Assembly: GCA_038881595.1 (NCBI GenBank)
Contig: JAVZPM010000004.1
Location: 1-64,000 of the forward strand
Source of the DNA: Candidatus Micrarchaeia archaeon
GTDB taxonomy: Archaea; Micrarchaeota; Micrarchaeia; CABMEP01
DNA length: 64,000 nucleotides
Direction of reading: 5' to 3'
The notes below the pieces were generated by a model. The model did not search any database, was not told where the DNA came from, and saw only the letters and a list, made by a program, of their open reading frames with translations. The position numbers and the translations under genes are program-made. Positions 47,140 to 56,918 of the stretch are shown here, in pieces. How positions within the stretch are numbered: the first letter of the stretch is position 1; the number at the start of each line of letters is the position of its first letter.

Positions 47140-48615
47140 CTACCTTTTCCTATTGCGCTTTTCCCATTTATCTTCTGATTCTATTTGTATACTTACTGTT
47201 TCATCCCCAAATTTATAAATTTCCCATTCGATCTTTCCACTTTCAAAATCGCTTACTTGAACTACAGGTCGTGCAAGATCTCTATCTCTCATTCCATATG
47301 GAATCTTAACCTTCATCTTCAATTCTAGAACTTTTTTGATTTTACCATCTTTTATGAATATTACAGTATCCACAATCTGAGGTATCATTCCTAAATCTAC
47401 TCTCCCTATAAATCTCTGAATTGCCTCGATCGGCCTTGTTGCATGAACCACTCCTACCATACCTATACCTGCAAGACGTAAATCTGCAAATACTTTAAAA
47501 TCTGTTGTCTTTCTCATTTCATCGTATATACTATAATCTGGCCTTACAAGAAGAAGAATATCTCCTGTTTTCTCAAAGCTACCATCTAATGCTGCATATT
47601 GTGTAACTTCATCTGGAACTTGCAAATCTCTTGGAGATTCTAGTGTTTTTACTATTTTTTTATTTTTCATATACATTTCAGCCAATGCAGCTGCAAATGT
47701 TGATTTTCCACTTCCTGGAGAGCCGCATATTATTATACCTTCGGCTCTTTCTAGAAGTCTTTTTCTTAATTTATCTGAAAGCGCATAATCATCAAATGAT
47801 GCTTTCATTATAGGTCTGACTATTGTTATTTCAATTCCGTCGGAAAATGGTTGTCTTGCTATTGCAATCCTAAACTCTCTTAATTGAATAACAGCCGCAC
47901 CTTTTGCATCAAGTTCAAAATATGATTTACTATCAGATCTAGCTGTATCAATTATTTCTTTGATCATTATCTCTAATTCTTCTTTAGTTATAGGTTCATT
48001 TCTTAATTGAACTAATTGAATATTGCCTGGTTTGCCTCTTTTTGCAAGAGGAATTGTGTCCTCTTTAAAGTGCAAAGAAACTGTATCTGGAGTTAAGTAC
48101 TGTTTAAAAGAAAGTTCTCTCAAATATTTTCTTGGCTCAAGATAGATTACATCTATCCCTTCAGCTCTTGCTACCTCAGATTGAACTTTATCTGAAGTGA
48201 TAAGCAACGCATTGAGCTGTTTTGCAAGTTCTCTTATTGCTGCATCAACTTCTCCAAGTTTTGCTGCCTTTACCATAAGCTCAGTGCTTCTTTCTCCACC
48301 GAATTCAAGCTCAATCTGTCCTGATTGAGAAAACTCTCTAAGAAGCTTTATCTCGGCAAGTCCGCTGAAACCTATTTCCTTACCTGAATTCGCTTGATGT
48401 TCTAATTCTCCAACAGATGCCTTATGGATTACTACTCTAATCTGTTGAATATTTTGTTCCTTGAGAATCTCACTCAATCTTCCATCTATTATTACAGATG
48501 TATCTGGAACTATAATTCTTTTTCCTTTTAAATCGAATTTATCTTCTTTGATCATTGATCTTGGATTTCTTAATCTGACCTCTTTAGATTCTTTTATTTC
48601 CTTTTCTTCTGACAT
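47140..48615 (-). CDS. PINc/VapC-ATPase fusion (PINA family)
   Basis: VPDTSVIIDG PIN domain, GSPGSGKST, ESPRDL, DEMR and GVVHAT. Confidence 0.9.
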   Translation of the reverse strand: MSEEKEIKESKEVRLRNPRSMIKEDKFDLKGKRIIVPDTSVIIDGRLSEILKEQNIQQIRVVIHKASVGELEHQANSGKEIGFSGLAEIKLLREFSQSGQIELEFGGERSTELMVKAAKLGEVDAAIRELAKQLNALLITSDKVQSEVARAEGIDVIYLEPRKYLRELSFKQYLTPDTVSLHFKEDTIPLAKRGKPGNIQLVQLRNEPITKEELEIMIKEIIDTARSDSKSYFELDAKGAAVIQLREFRIAIARQPFSDGIEITIVRPIMKASFDDYALSDKLRKRLLERAEGIIICGSPGSGKSTFAAALAEMYMKNKKIVKTLESPRDLQVPDEVTQYAALDGSFEKTGDILLLVRPDYSIYDEMRKTTDFKVFADLRLAGIGMVGVVHATRPIEAIQRFIGRVDLGMIPQIVDTVIFIKDGKIKKVLELKMKVKIPYGMRDRDLARPVVQVSDFESGKIEWEIYKFGDETVSIQIESEDKWEKRNRKR

Positions 48616-48859
48616 TTTTTCACCTTTAATGAATGTGCAATTAAATACATACTTATGACTATTATAGATGATATTATATCATCCGATTGAATGTATCAAA
48701 GTATTTCATGCACATAAACGTACCAAATATTTTTTAAAATAAGACCTTAAGATTGGCACGTTAAAAACAATCTTAAAAAAGTCTTAATTTAATTATATTG
48801 TAATATATACAATTATTTGTTTATAAATCTTTTCTTCCAAAATTTGCGAATCAATGGAA

Positions 48860-49230
48860 TCAATATAAACGAATAATATCATCTTTCTTAATTAAATTAT
48901 TCTCTATATCTCATTTACTTACGCTATTTATATGGATACCTATTGTCATACCTTTCTGTGCAGCAGGAAGCGTTTATTATTTTGTTGAATTTCCATTATG
49001 GTGAACTCTCTTCCATTAACACCTCCTTTCATCCCTGTTCTTATTATTTCAGATAATACTTTACATATCACTACAGTACCAAAATTAGTAATATAAAAAG
49101 ACATCTATGATTTTAATTATATTCTCATCTTTCCATATTCTTCTTTTTCCTTGACTATGCCTGTCGTTTCATTGGTGTCTATTTCTTTTTTCTAGCTTTT
49201 TTGCCAAAGAGAAAAATCCAACAATCCCAT
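48860..49230 (-). pseudogene. Decayed gene for a stand-alone EF-Tu domain II-like (Pbp11-like) beta-barrel protein
   Basis: Fragments across frameshifts and stops read MGLLDF.FGKK...IKIIDVFYITNFGTVVICKVLSEIIRTGM...IMEIQQNNK..PAAQKGMTIGIHINSVSK*DIE...IKKDDII. Confidence 0.6.
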
Positions 49231-49380
49231 AGTATAACAACTAATCTTTTTAATTAATGATGTACAGTTTTGAATCACTAATAATTTGGACTACAAATTA
49301 TTCACATGATACTTAAGCATCTTTGCATTCACAGTCAATTTCAATTTTTTACTTTTATAATTTGAAAGTATGGACTACCA

Positions 49381-50928
49381 CTAAATTGTAATTTTTGATC
49401 TTAGATTATTGGCTATAAAATCAGGAATTTCATTTATCTTTATTCTTACTTGCTTTGCAGTATTCCTATCTCTTATCGTGACTGTATCATCCTTTAAAGT
49501 ATCATAGTCAATTGTAACTGCCCATTTTATTCCTACTTCATCTGCTCTTGCATATCTCTTTCCAATGCTTCCAGATTCATCGTAAAGAACAGAAAGACCT
49601 TTTTCTCTAAGAAATGCAGTAACTTCGTTTGCTTTCTCTGCAAGACCATCTTTTTTCATGAGTGGAAAAACTGCAACATCATATGGCGAAAGCTCTGGTG
49701 GCAGATCGAACCATTCCCAATCATGAACATCGTCCTTTCCTCTGTACGAATGCTCAAGTATGGCCCAGATAAGACGTTCCACTCCTAATGATGGTTCCAC
49801 TACATGCGGAATTATCTTCCTTCCATCTGGCAGAGTTACTGATAGATCTTTGCCTGAAAGATGAGAATGTGATTTCAAATCATAATCTGTTCTATATGCA
49901 ATACCTGCAACTTCAATATGGCCATATGAAGTTTCTACTTCTGGATCAAAATTTCCTCCAGAATAATGAGGCACTTCGTCCATGAAAAGATGTCTGAATC
50001 TTATCTTTCCTTCCGGTATTCCGCATCTCTCATAAAATTCTGAAGCTAGACCAAGGAAAAATGCCATTGGCTCATTTGGAGTAATCTTTTTTTCTATAAG
50101 TTCCCTTACAGTAAAGAATGAAATCTTTGGTTCTGTTCCATTTTTCCTTGCTTCTTCCTGGCTTTCTCTTGTCAAAACAGGAACTTTTCGATTAAGAATC
50201 TTGTCGATTTCTTTCATCTTTGCATTTGAAGGGTCAAAGAAATATTCTAATTCCATCTGAGTAAATTCTCTTAGTCTAACAAATCCCTGCCTTGGAGATA
50301 TTTCATTCCTAAATGATTTTCCAACCTGCCCTATTGCAAGTGGAAGCTTTCCATAAACTCTGAATAAACGAGGGAACGCAAGATAGATTCCTTGTGCTGT
50401 TTCAGGTCTTAAATAACCTGGAGTCCCATCGACAGGACCGATGTTTGTCTTGAACATGAGATTAAAAAATTCTACATCAGAAAAACCTTTTCTGCCACAT
50501 GTAGGGCACTTGATATCTGCAACCTTCAAAATTTGATTTATCTCATCTATTGACTTTCCTTCTACATTCACATTGTTTTCCTGAAGAAGATGATCCGCCC
50601 TGAACTTATTGCCACAAAGCTTGCATGTTGTAACTGGATCACTGAAATGATCTAGGTGGCCTGAAGCTTTTAAAACCGGTTCTGGAAGTATTATAGATGT
50701 TTCTATTTCAAGAAATCCGTTCCTTTCAATAAAGATTGAGCGCCAAAGTCTAATTATTTTGTGTTTTAAAGCTCTTCCAACTGGACCTAAATCGTAGATT
50801 CCTCCGACTGGTGAATATATCTCTGCTGCAGGAAAGAAAATCCCCCTTCTTAATGCGATCTGCATTATCTTTTCTCTTATTTCGGTAGATGTCATTCTCT
50901 CACTCCGAAACAATATATAGGAACACAA
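49381..50928 (-). CDS. glyS: Glycyl-tRNA synthetase (alpha2 type; start probably 50895)
   Basis: LRPETAQG, FRNEISPRQG..RLREF.QME, EPSLG..R and SIGKRYARADE. Confidence 0.96.
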   Translation of the reverse strand: MCSYILFRSERMTSTEIREKIMQIALRRGIFFPAAEIYSPVGGIYDLGPVGRALKHKIIRLWRSIFIERNGFLEIETSIILPEPVLKASGHLDHFSDPVTTCKLCGNKFRADHLLQENNVNVEGKSIDEINQILKVADIKCPTCGRKGFSDVEFFNLMFKTNIGPVDGTPGYLRPETAQGIYLAFPRLFRVYGKLPLAIGQVGKSFRNEISPRQGFVRLREFTQMELEYFFDPSNAKMKEIDKILNRKVPVLTRESQEEARKNGTEPKISFFTVRELIEKKITPNEPMAFFLGLASEFYERCGIPEGKIRFRHLFMDEVPHYSGGNFDPEVETSYGHIEVAGIAYRTDYDLKSHSHLSGKDLSVTLPDGRKIIPHVVEPSLGVERLIWAILEHSYRGKDDVHDWEWFDLPPELSPYDVAVFPLMKKDGLAEKANEVTAFLREKGLSVLYDESGSIGKRYARADEVGIKWAVTIDYDTLKDDTVTIRDRNTAKQVRIKINEIPDFIANNLRSKITI

Positions 50929-51012
50929 ATAATGAATGATAATATAATAAGAAGTAAAAATTAATAAATTGCATCTTTAATATATATTAAAACAAAATAA
51001 GATGTATGAACT

Positions 51013-51822
51013 ATGTTAAAAAGAGATGGTGTTATGGATAAAAGAAGAATAAAAATTCTTGAAGAGATGAAGGCTAAAATAAAAAAATCTTACTTGTCAA
51101 AAGACAACCTTCTTGTTTTTGCTGACAATGCCATTACAGATATAGAAAAACAAACCAATCTTCTATTCGAGAGACTAACTGAATGGTATGGTGTTTATTT
51201 TCCAGAATTAAAGATTGATGATAGGATAAAATACTCAAATCTGGTTTTACAAATAAACAAAAATGATATGAATTCAACCAAAAAGTCAATTCAAAGCATA
51301 CTTGGTGAAAAAGCACAAGGAATAATAAATTCATTAGAAAAAACAATAGGATCAGAACTGGAAGAAAAGGATCTTGACGCAATAAAACTACTTGCCCAAC
51401 AAATAATAATGCTTGAAGAAACAAAATTACAACTTCAACAATATGAAGAAAACCTTGCTAGAGAAATATGTCCAAATTTAGTAGAAGTAGGTGGTCCTAA
51501 GATAGCATCTAAGTTAATCGCTCATGTAGGAAATCTTGAAAAACTTGCAAAGCTACCTGCAAGCACCATTCAGGTTCTAGGTGCTGAGAAGGCACTGTTT
51601 AAGCATCTAAGAAGAAAAACAAAACCACCTAAACATGGAATTATATTCCAACATACTTTAATACACTCTGCACCTAGAAATAAAAGAGGAAAACTAGCAA
51701 GAGCGTTAGCATCAAAACTTGCAATCGCTGCAAAGGTTGACGCATATGGAAAGGGCCATTTTGTGGGAAAGGAGCTAAGAGAAGAATTTGAAAAGAGAGC
51801 AAAAGAAATACTAAACCAATGA
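51013..51822 (+). CDS. nop5: Box C/D RNP protein Nop5, N-terminally short
   Basis: EWYG.YFPEL, PASTIQVLGAEKALF and PKHGIIF. Confidence 0.92.
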   Translation: MLKRDGVMDKRRIKILEEMKAKIKKSYLSKDNLLVFADNAITDIEKQTNLLFERLTEWYGVYFPELKIDDRIKYSNLVLQINKNDMNSTKKSIQSILGEKAQGIINSLEKTIGSELEEKDLDAIKLLAQQIIMLEETKLQLQQYEENLAREICPNLVEVGGPKIASKLIAHVGNLEKLAKLPASTIQVLGAEKALFKHLRRKTKPPKHGIIFQHTLIHSAPRNKRGKLARALASKLAIAAKVDAYGKGHFVGKELREEFEKRAKEILNQ

Positions 51823-51883
51823 AAATCAATGAAAAGATTAAACAATAAAAGAAGAAAATAGGAAAAAATAGATTGATTATTTT

Positions 51884-52462
51884 TTACTTAGTAAAGATTT
51901 CTTTGAGCTCGATCTTTCTTATTTCTATTCTTTTTATAGGTGCTATCTTCTTTATTGCAGGAATTAGCGACTGAGCGTATTTCTTGAATAGTAGCTCTCT
52001 AATCAAGTCATCGCTGTTTGTCTGCGAAGCTTTTTCATTAAGAAGAGCTCTTAGTTTTACTCTTATTTCTGCTTCTGCATCTCTTGCGATTTTACCTGCT
52101 GCAAATACTATTGGCTTTATTCTAAATTTTTGTCCATCCATAGTCTTTACATCTATTACATCATCGATTATAGTTTTTCTCCTTCTTACGAACGTTCTAA
52201 TATAGCTTGGCAGCTGCTCTGAACCAATGAACTTTGTAATTGCAGTCTTTCCTTTTACATCAACGACCCTAAGCTTCACATTAGTGTATGCCTGGGAGAG
52301 ATCCCCAGTAAGTTCATCAAGGCCGACCTTAACTACTCTATCTTTAAGAAGCTTCGGATCTGAAGATATAATTTCTCCAACTACTTTTGAATCAAAGATC
52401 TGTGGTGCAACAACTTCATACCACTGCTTTGATTTCCAGGTATCAACAACTTTCTTTACCAA
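51884..52462 (-). CDS. rps3ae: 30S ribosomal protein eS1 (S3Ae; TTG start)
   Basis: DTWKSK.WY.V.AP and KKI.PIK.IEIRK. Confidence 0.94.
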   Translation of the reverse strand: MVKKVVDTWKSKQWYEVVAPQIFDSKVVGEIISSDPKLLKDRVVKVGLDELTGDLSQAYTNVKLRVVDVKGKTAITKFIGSEQLPSYIRTFVRRRKTIIDDVIDVKTMDGQKFRIKPIVFAAGKIARDAEAEIRVKLRALLNEKASQTNSDDLIRELLFKKYAQSLIPAIKKIAPIKRIEIRKIELKEIFTK

Positions 52463-52504
52463 ATAATCACCAATTAAAATCGTTCATCCTATGATGAATA
52501 CGAA

Positions 52505-52963
52505 TCATTTGAATTGAATCGCTGCGACTGCAGGATCATACTTCCAATCTGCTGGAAGAACTTTCTTTCTGATGTAATACTTTCCAAGTCTCCTAATCTT
52601 TGTTTCTATTGAATTAAGTTTGATTTTGTTATGAAGATCAGATTTGTGTTTTTCGAGATGTGCTCTCAATCTAACTGCCTTTTTCATTAAATTTGCTAAA
52701 TTCTCCGGAAATTCTTTTCTTCCAGTAGCAGTTTCGATTATCTCTAAAATTGATTTTCCAGTAGCCTGTTTTACACTTCCTATTGCATATTGGTCTCTCA
52801 TAATATGACCAATAAGAGAAGGTGCATTTCCTGCTCTGTAAAGATCAACTACGATCTTTTCAATCTCTTCTTTGCTCATGTCAGTCTGCAAGGAACTACC
52901 TACAAATTTCCTTGAACCAGACTTTCCTTTTTTCTTTGTATGTAATCTTGCCATAATACCCAC
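52505..52963 (-). CDS. rps15: 30S ribosomal protein uS15 (start probably 52954)
   Basis: MARLH.KKKGKSGS, IG..MRDQY and E.KIRRL.KYY. Confidence 0.96.
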   Translation of the reverse strand: MGIMARLHTKKKGKSGSRKFVGSSLQTDMSKEEIEKIVVDLYRAGNAPSLIGHIMRDQYAIGSVKQATGKSILEIIETATGRKEFPENLANLMKKAVRLRAHLEKHKSDLHNKIKLNSIETKIRRLGKYYIRKKVLPADWKYDPAVAAIQFK

Positions 52964-53161
52964 TTGATAGTGTCGTTCAATAGAACGACATAAATCAATG
53001 TTTAATATAAAATATAATTTAAAGTACTTGAGCTAATGTTATCTCATCAAAAGACGATGATGATAACATATATGTAATTAAAGTTTTTAAATATTCTTAT
53101 ACATTTAATACTCTCAGAAGCATAAAATTCCAACACGCGAACCTATAATTTGGTCGATAAT

Positions 53162-55603
53162 TTATTGCTGTTTTTTATCGATTACGATATTAAACTTTCC
53201 ATATCTCAATTCACTTACTTTGTGTGCATTAATTATATCATTCTCAATAATTCTAAATTTCTCTGGTATCTCTAATAGTTTAATTGAATCTTTAAGTGAT
53301 AGTCCATTATCCTTCTTTGCCTTCCATATCTTGCTATCCATCTCTTCAAGTTCAGCAAATGAAAATTCCAATTCTTTTATCTCACCTGAAGTTGGAAATG
53401 ATTCGGCATGAACATTTCTTCCATACATCTCTTTGTAAATCTTCCAAGTTGCAAATGGTATTATCGGTGCAAGAAGTCTTAAGAGATTTGACATTATCTC
53501 ATGTAATGTCCAGATAGCTGAGGATTGCTCTTCTTCTGTAAACTTTCCTTCACTATTGTAGGCGCGATTCTTTGAAAGTTCTATATAATGAGATGCAAAA
53601 GTTTCCCATATGAAATTTCTTATCCTTATTGCGGGATTATGGAAATCATAATTGTTGAATCTTATTCTTGCATCTTCAACAATAGAATAAAATTCATTCA
53701 AAATAGCTTGGTCAAGTGGAGATATATTTTTCGGCTTTTCAACTTGCGGAAACATTGAGACGTATTTCGCGATATTCCACAATTTATTAAGAGTCTTTCC
53801 AGCACCTTGTATTCTTTCATTTGAGCATCTGAAATCCTGTTCAGTTATATTTCCTTCGAAAACAGCCCATAACCTAAATGGCTCTGCACCGAATTGCTCA
53901 AGAATCTTTTGTGGATCAATTACATTTCCCAGTGATTTTGACATTTTATTTCCTTTTTCATCCACTATGTGATAATTTATCCATACATCCCTGAATATTT
54001 GCTGTCCTGTCAAAAGATAACACTTAAGTACAGTGTAATAAAGCCACGTCCTAATAATTTCCTTTCCTTGTGGTCTTAATGTACATTGTTTATGCGAATT
54101 GAAGAAGTCTGGATGACGTTCATAACCTAAAATATAAAGAGGAGTTATTGAAGAATCAAACCATGTATCAAATACTCTTGTTTCTCCTATGAACTCTTTG
54201 CTGCCACATTTAGGACATTTTTCAATAGGAGGATTTTCTTTCCATGGTCTGTAGTACTTTCCTTTTGGTGGAACGATTACTTCATTACAATTCTTACAGT
54301 ACCACAATGGAACCTCAGTGGCATAGTATCTTCTTCTACTTATTGGCCAATCTATTGAAATACTATTTATCCAATCCACCATTATTTTCCTACTTTCTTC
54401 TGAAAAGAAATTCATATTGTTTGCCATTTCTAGCATTTTTTCTTTCAGGTCCACTTGCTTTACGTAAAATTCTTTCATCGGAATAAATTCTATTGGATCT
54501 TTAGATCTTTCACATATTGGAGTTCTGTGCATTATCTCTTTCTCCCCTCTTATCTTATTTTGTTCCCTTAAGACAGAAACTATTTTTTCTCTTCCTTTAA
54601 GAACTGGAAGACCTGCTGCTGGTCCAGCGTTTTCATTCATTTTTCCATCTGGCCCTATTGAATATATTGGTGTTAAATTCATCTCTCTAAAGAACCTAAT
54701 ATCTGCAAGATCACCAAATGAACACATCATAACTAGTCCGGATCCTTTTTCTGGATTAGCAAGTGGATGTGCTTTTATTGGAACTACCTTATTAAATATT
54801 GGAACTACCGCATGTTTTCCTTCAAGTTTTTTGTTGTATCTTTCATCATTTGGATTGTATATTACCATTGCACAACTTCCAAGAAGTTCCGGTCTCGTTG
54901 TTCCGATTATTATTTCCTCCCCTGTTTCCTTGACAGTAAATGCTAGATCATAGAATTTGGTTGGAATCTCTACATAATCAACCTCTGCATCTGCAAGAGT
55001 TGTTCTGCAACCTGGACAATAATTGTTTGTTCTTTCTGATTCATATATTAAACCTGCATTCCACATATCTATAAATGTACCCTGAGTTAAAGCTCTATAT
55101 TCTGGAGAATCTGTCATATATGCATCTCCGATTTTATTTCCAAATTCCCAAGAAGAAAAAGAAACTCCTGCCTTAAGGAAAGAATTAGTTGAGGTATTAG
55201 AGGATTCTTCAAGTACTGATTTGCACATCTCAAGAAACTTTTCTCTTTCTATCTGATTTAACTTTACATTGAACTTCTTTTCTGCCGCCATCTCTATAGG
55301 AAGACCATTTCTATCTAAACCTAATGGAAATATTACATTATAGCCTATCATCCTATGAAATCTTGCAAACATATCCATAAGGACGTATGTGGTTAATTGT
55401 CCAATATGAATAGGTGTATTTACATAAGGAGGAGGAGTATCTATAGAAAATAAAGGTTTGTTTGAATTTTCTTGGAATTTATAGATTGGACTCGTTTTTA
55501 TTTCTTCATACATTTCTTGTTCGAATTTTTTATCCCAATTTTTTTCTTTTATCTTTGCTTCGTTTAATTGAATTGACATAAAATCACAATATGCATAATC
55601 CAT
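53162..55603 (-). CDS. valS: Valyl-tRNA synthetase
   Basis: DTPPP, HIGQ, GLVMMCSFGD, DW.ISR.R, DTWFDSS, RPQG.EIIRTW and KMSKS. Confidence 0.93.
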   Translation of the reverse strand: MDYAYCDFMSIQLNEAKIKEKNWDKKFEQEMYEEIKTSPIYKFQENSNKPLFSIDTPPPYVNTPIHIGQLTTYVLMDMFARFHRMIGYNVIFPLGLDRNGLPIEMAAEKKFNVKLNQIEREKFLEMCKSVLEESSNTSTNSFLKAGVSFSSWEFGNKIGDAYMTDSPEYRALTQGTFIDMWNAGLIYESERTNNYCPGCRTTLADAEVDYVEIPTKFYDLAFTVKETGEEIIIGTTRPELLGSCAMVIYNPNDERYNKKLEGKHAVVPIFNKVVPIKAHPLANPEKGSGLVMMCSFGDLADIRFFREMNLTPIYSIGPDGKMNENAGPAAGLPVLKGREKIVSVLREQNKIRGEKEIMHRTPICERSKDPIEFIPMKEFYVKQVDLKEKMLEMANNMNFFSEESRKIMVDWINSISIDWPISRRRYYATEVPLWYCKNCNEVIVPPKGKYYRPWKENPPIEKCPKCGSKEFIGETRVFDTWFDSSITPLYILGYERHPDFFNSHKQCTLRPQGKEIIRTWLYYTVLKCYLLTGQQIFRDVWINYHIVDEKGNKMSKSLGNVIDPQKILEQFGAEPFRLWAVFEGNITEQDFRCSNERIQGAGKTLNKLWNIAKYVSMFPQVEKPKNISPLDQAILNEFYSIVEDARIRFNNYDFHNPAIRIRNFIWETFASHYIELSKNRAYNSEGKFTEEEQSSAIWTLHEIMSNLLRLLAPIIPFATWKIYKEMYGRNVHAESFPTSGEIKELEFSFAELEEMDSKIWKAKKDNGLSLKDSIKLLEIPEKFRIIENDIINAHKVSELRYGKFNIVIDKKQQ

Positions 55604-55755
55604 AAAGATTCATAAGATACTAATGATTGATTAGAATTTGTATAGATCGTTGAATATTTTGCTTGCATCTTACATAAAGATAATATAAGATATAGATATG
55701 AAATTTTAAAATGGTTTTGAATTTAATAAACAAAATTTGATATATTTGGTGGAAG

Positions 55756-56511
55756 TTAGAATTCAAATTCCATCCCATCATAAGAGGCAATTACCTTAAC
55801 TTTGCTTTCTTTTTGAAGCCATTTTGCAACATCTTCTGCCTTTATCTTTAAATACTCCCCTCCAAATCTTGTTAAGACTGCGATTTTTGGCTTTGTTTCT
55901 TTTAGAAGTAAAAGACAGGAATACTTATCAATATGACCTTCCCATCTCTCTTCTGCACGCAGAATATTTATTATTAAAAGATCAAGGCCTTTATATTGAC
56001 TTGATATTCCTTTAAAATATTCAGTATCACCAGTATATCCAATTCGTTTCCCATCCATCTCTAGAATGAAACCTATCCCCTCTGTATTGTCGTGTTTTGC
56101 TTTTGTTGCTTTTATCGAAAAAGAATCTAAGTCTATATTTTCGTTAGGTTTCATTTTGTAGTACGCATCTAGAAGATTTGCATGATACTTTGAAAGAGAG
56201 ACGCCGAATTCAAGTTCTTTTTTAAATAAAGTTTCTGGCCCAAAAAGAATGCCCCTTTTCTTTGATGTTGCATATGTCATAGCCTCGATTAAAACGTTCA
56301 TGTCGTTTGCATGATCCAGATGTGGATGTGAAACAAACACTGCATCTATTTTATTAAGTTTAATCTTATGTTTTTTTGCATCAGGAACCACTCCTGGACC
56401 CGGGTCTACATAAATCTGTTTTGAACCTTGAATCAGAAAGCCAGATGTGGACCTAAATCTATGAGTTACGTTTACTCTTCCGCCACCTGTGCCTAGAAAA
56501 ACTATCTTCAT
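55756..56511 (-). CDS. Metallo-beta-lactamase fold hydrolase
   Basis: FLGTGGG, VDPGPG, SHPHLDH and YTGDT. Confidence 0.88.
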   Translation of the reverse strand: MKIVFLGTGGGRVNVTHRFRSTSGFLIQGSKQIYVDPGPGVVPDAKKHKIKLNKIDAVFVSHPHLDHANDMNVLIEAMTYATSKKRGILFGPETLFKKELEFGVSLSKYHANLLDAYYKMKPNENIDLDSFSIKATKAKHDNTEGIGFILEMDGKRIGYTGDTEYFKGISSQYKGLDLLIINILRAEERWEGHIDKYSCLLLLKETKPKIAVLTRFGGEYLKIKAEDVAKWLQKESKVKVIASYDGMEFEF

Positions 56512-56918
56512 AAATAAAAATAAGAATAAAAATTTAAAAAGAAATGGGAATAGAGGGCTATTTTACCTCACAGCATTATTTTCATTTTAATTTCAATTGT
56601 CTTTACTATTCTTCTTTACAGCTATAAGATCTATTATCAAAGTTATAAAATTCTCTATCTTTAAGCATTTTTTAGGTCGGTATCAAAAGAAGCAAATGTA
56701 AGGAGCGAAGCTGCAGTCAGATTATAGAAGCTTTCGTAACGTTACTTATAAATTTTGGCGATTCTTTTTCTTTCCGCTGATTTGTTGCACGATATACAAA
56801 ACTGAAAAGTAATCTTTATTTTGCTTTTATTATTTTAATTTAAGAATAATTGAATAAATACTTTAATTAGTTTAATGAGTTAATGAAAACCACAAAACAA
56901 AATATTTATAAATAACAT

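Noticed and set aside
53056..53120. GATGATGA C-box-like motif suggesting a box C/D sRNA
   Set aside because: There is no D box (CTGA) at a suitable distance on the same strand, and the motif is part of a hairpin.
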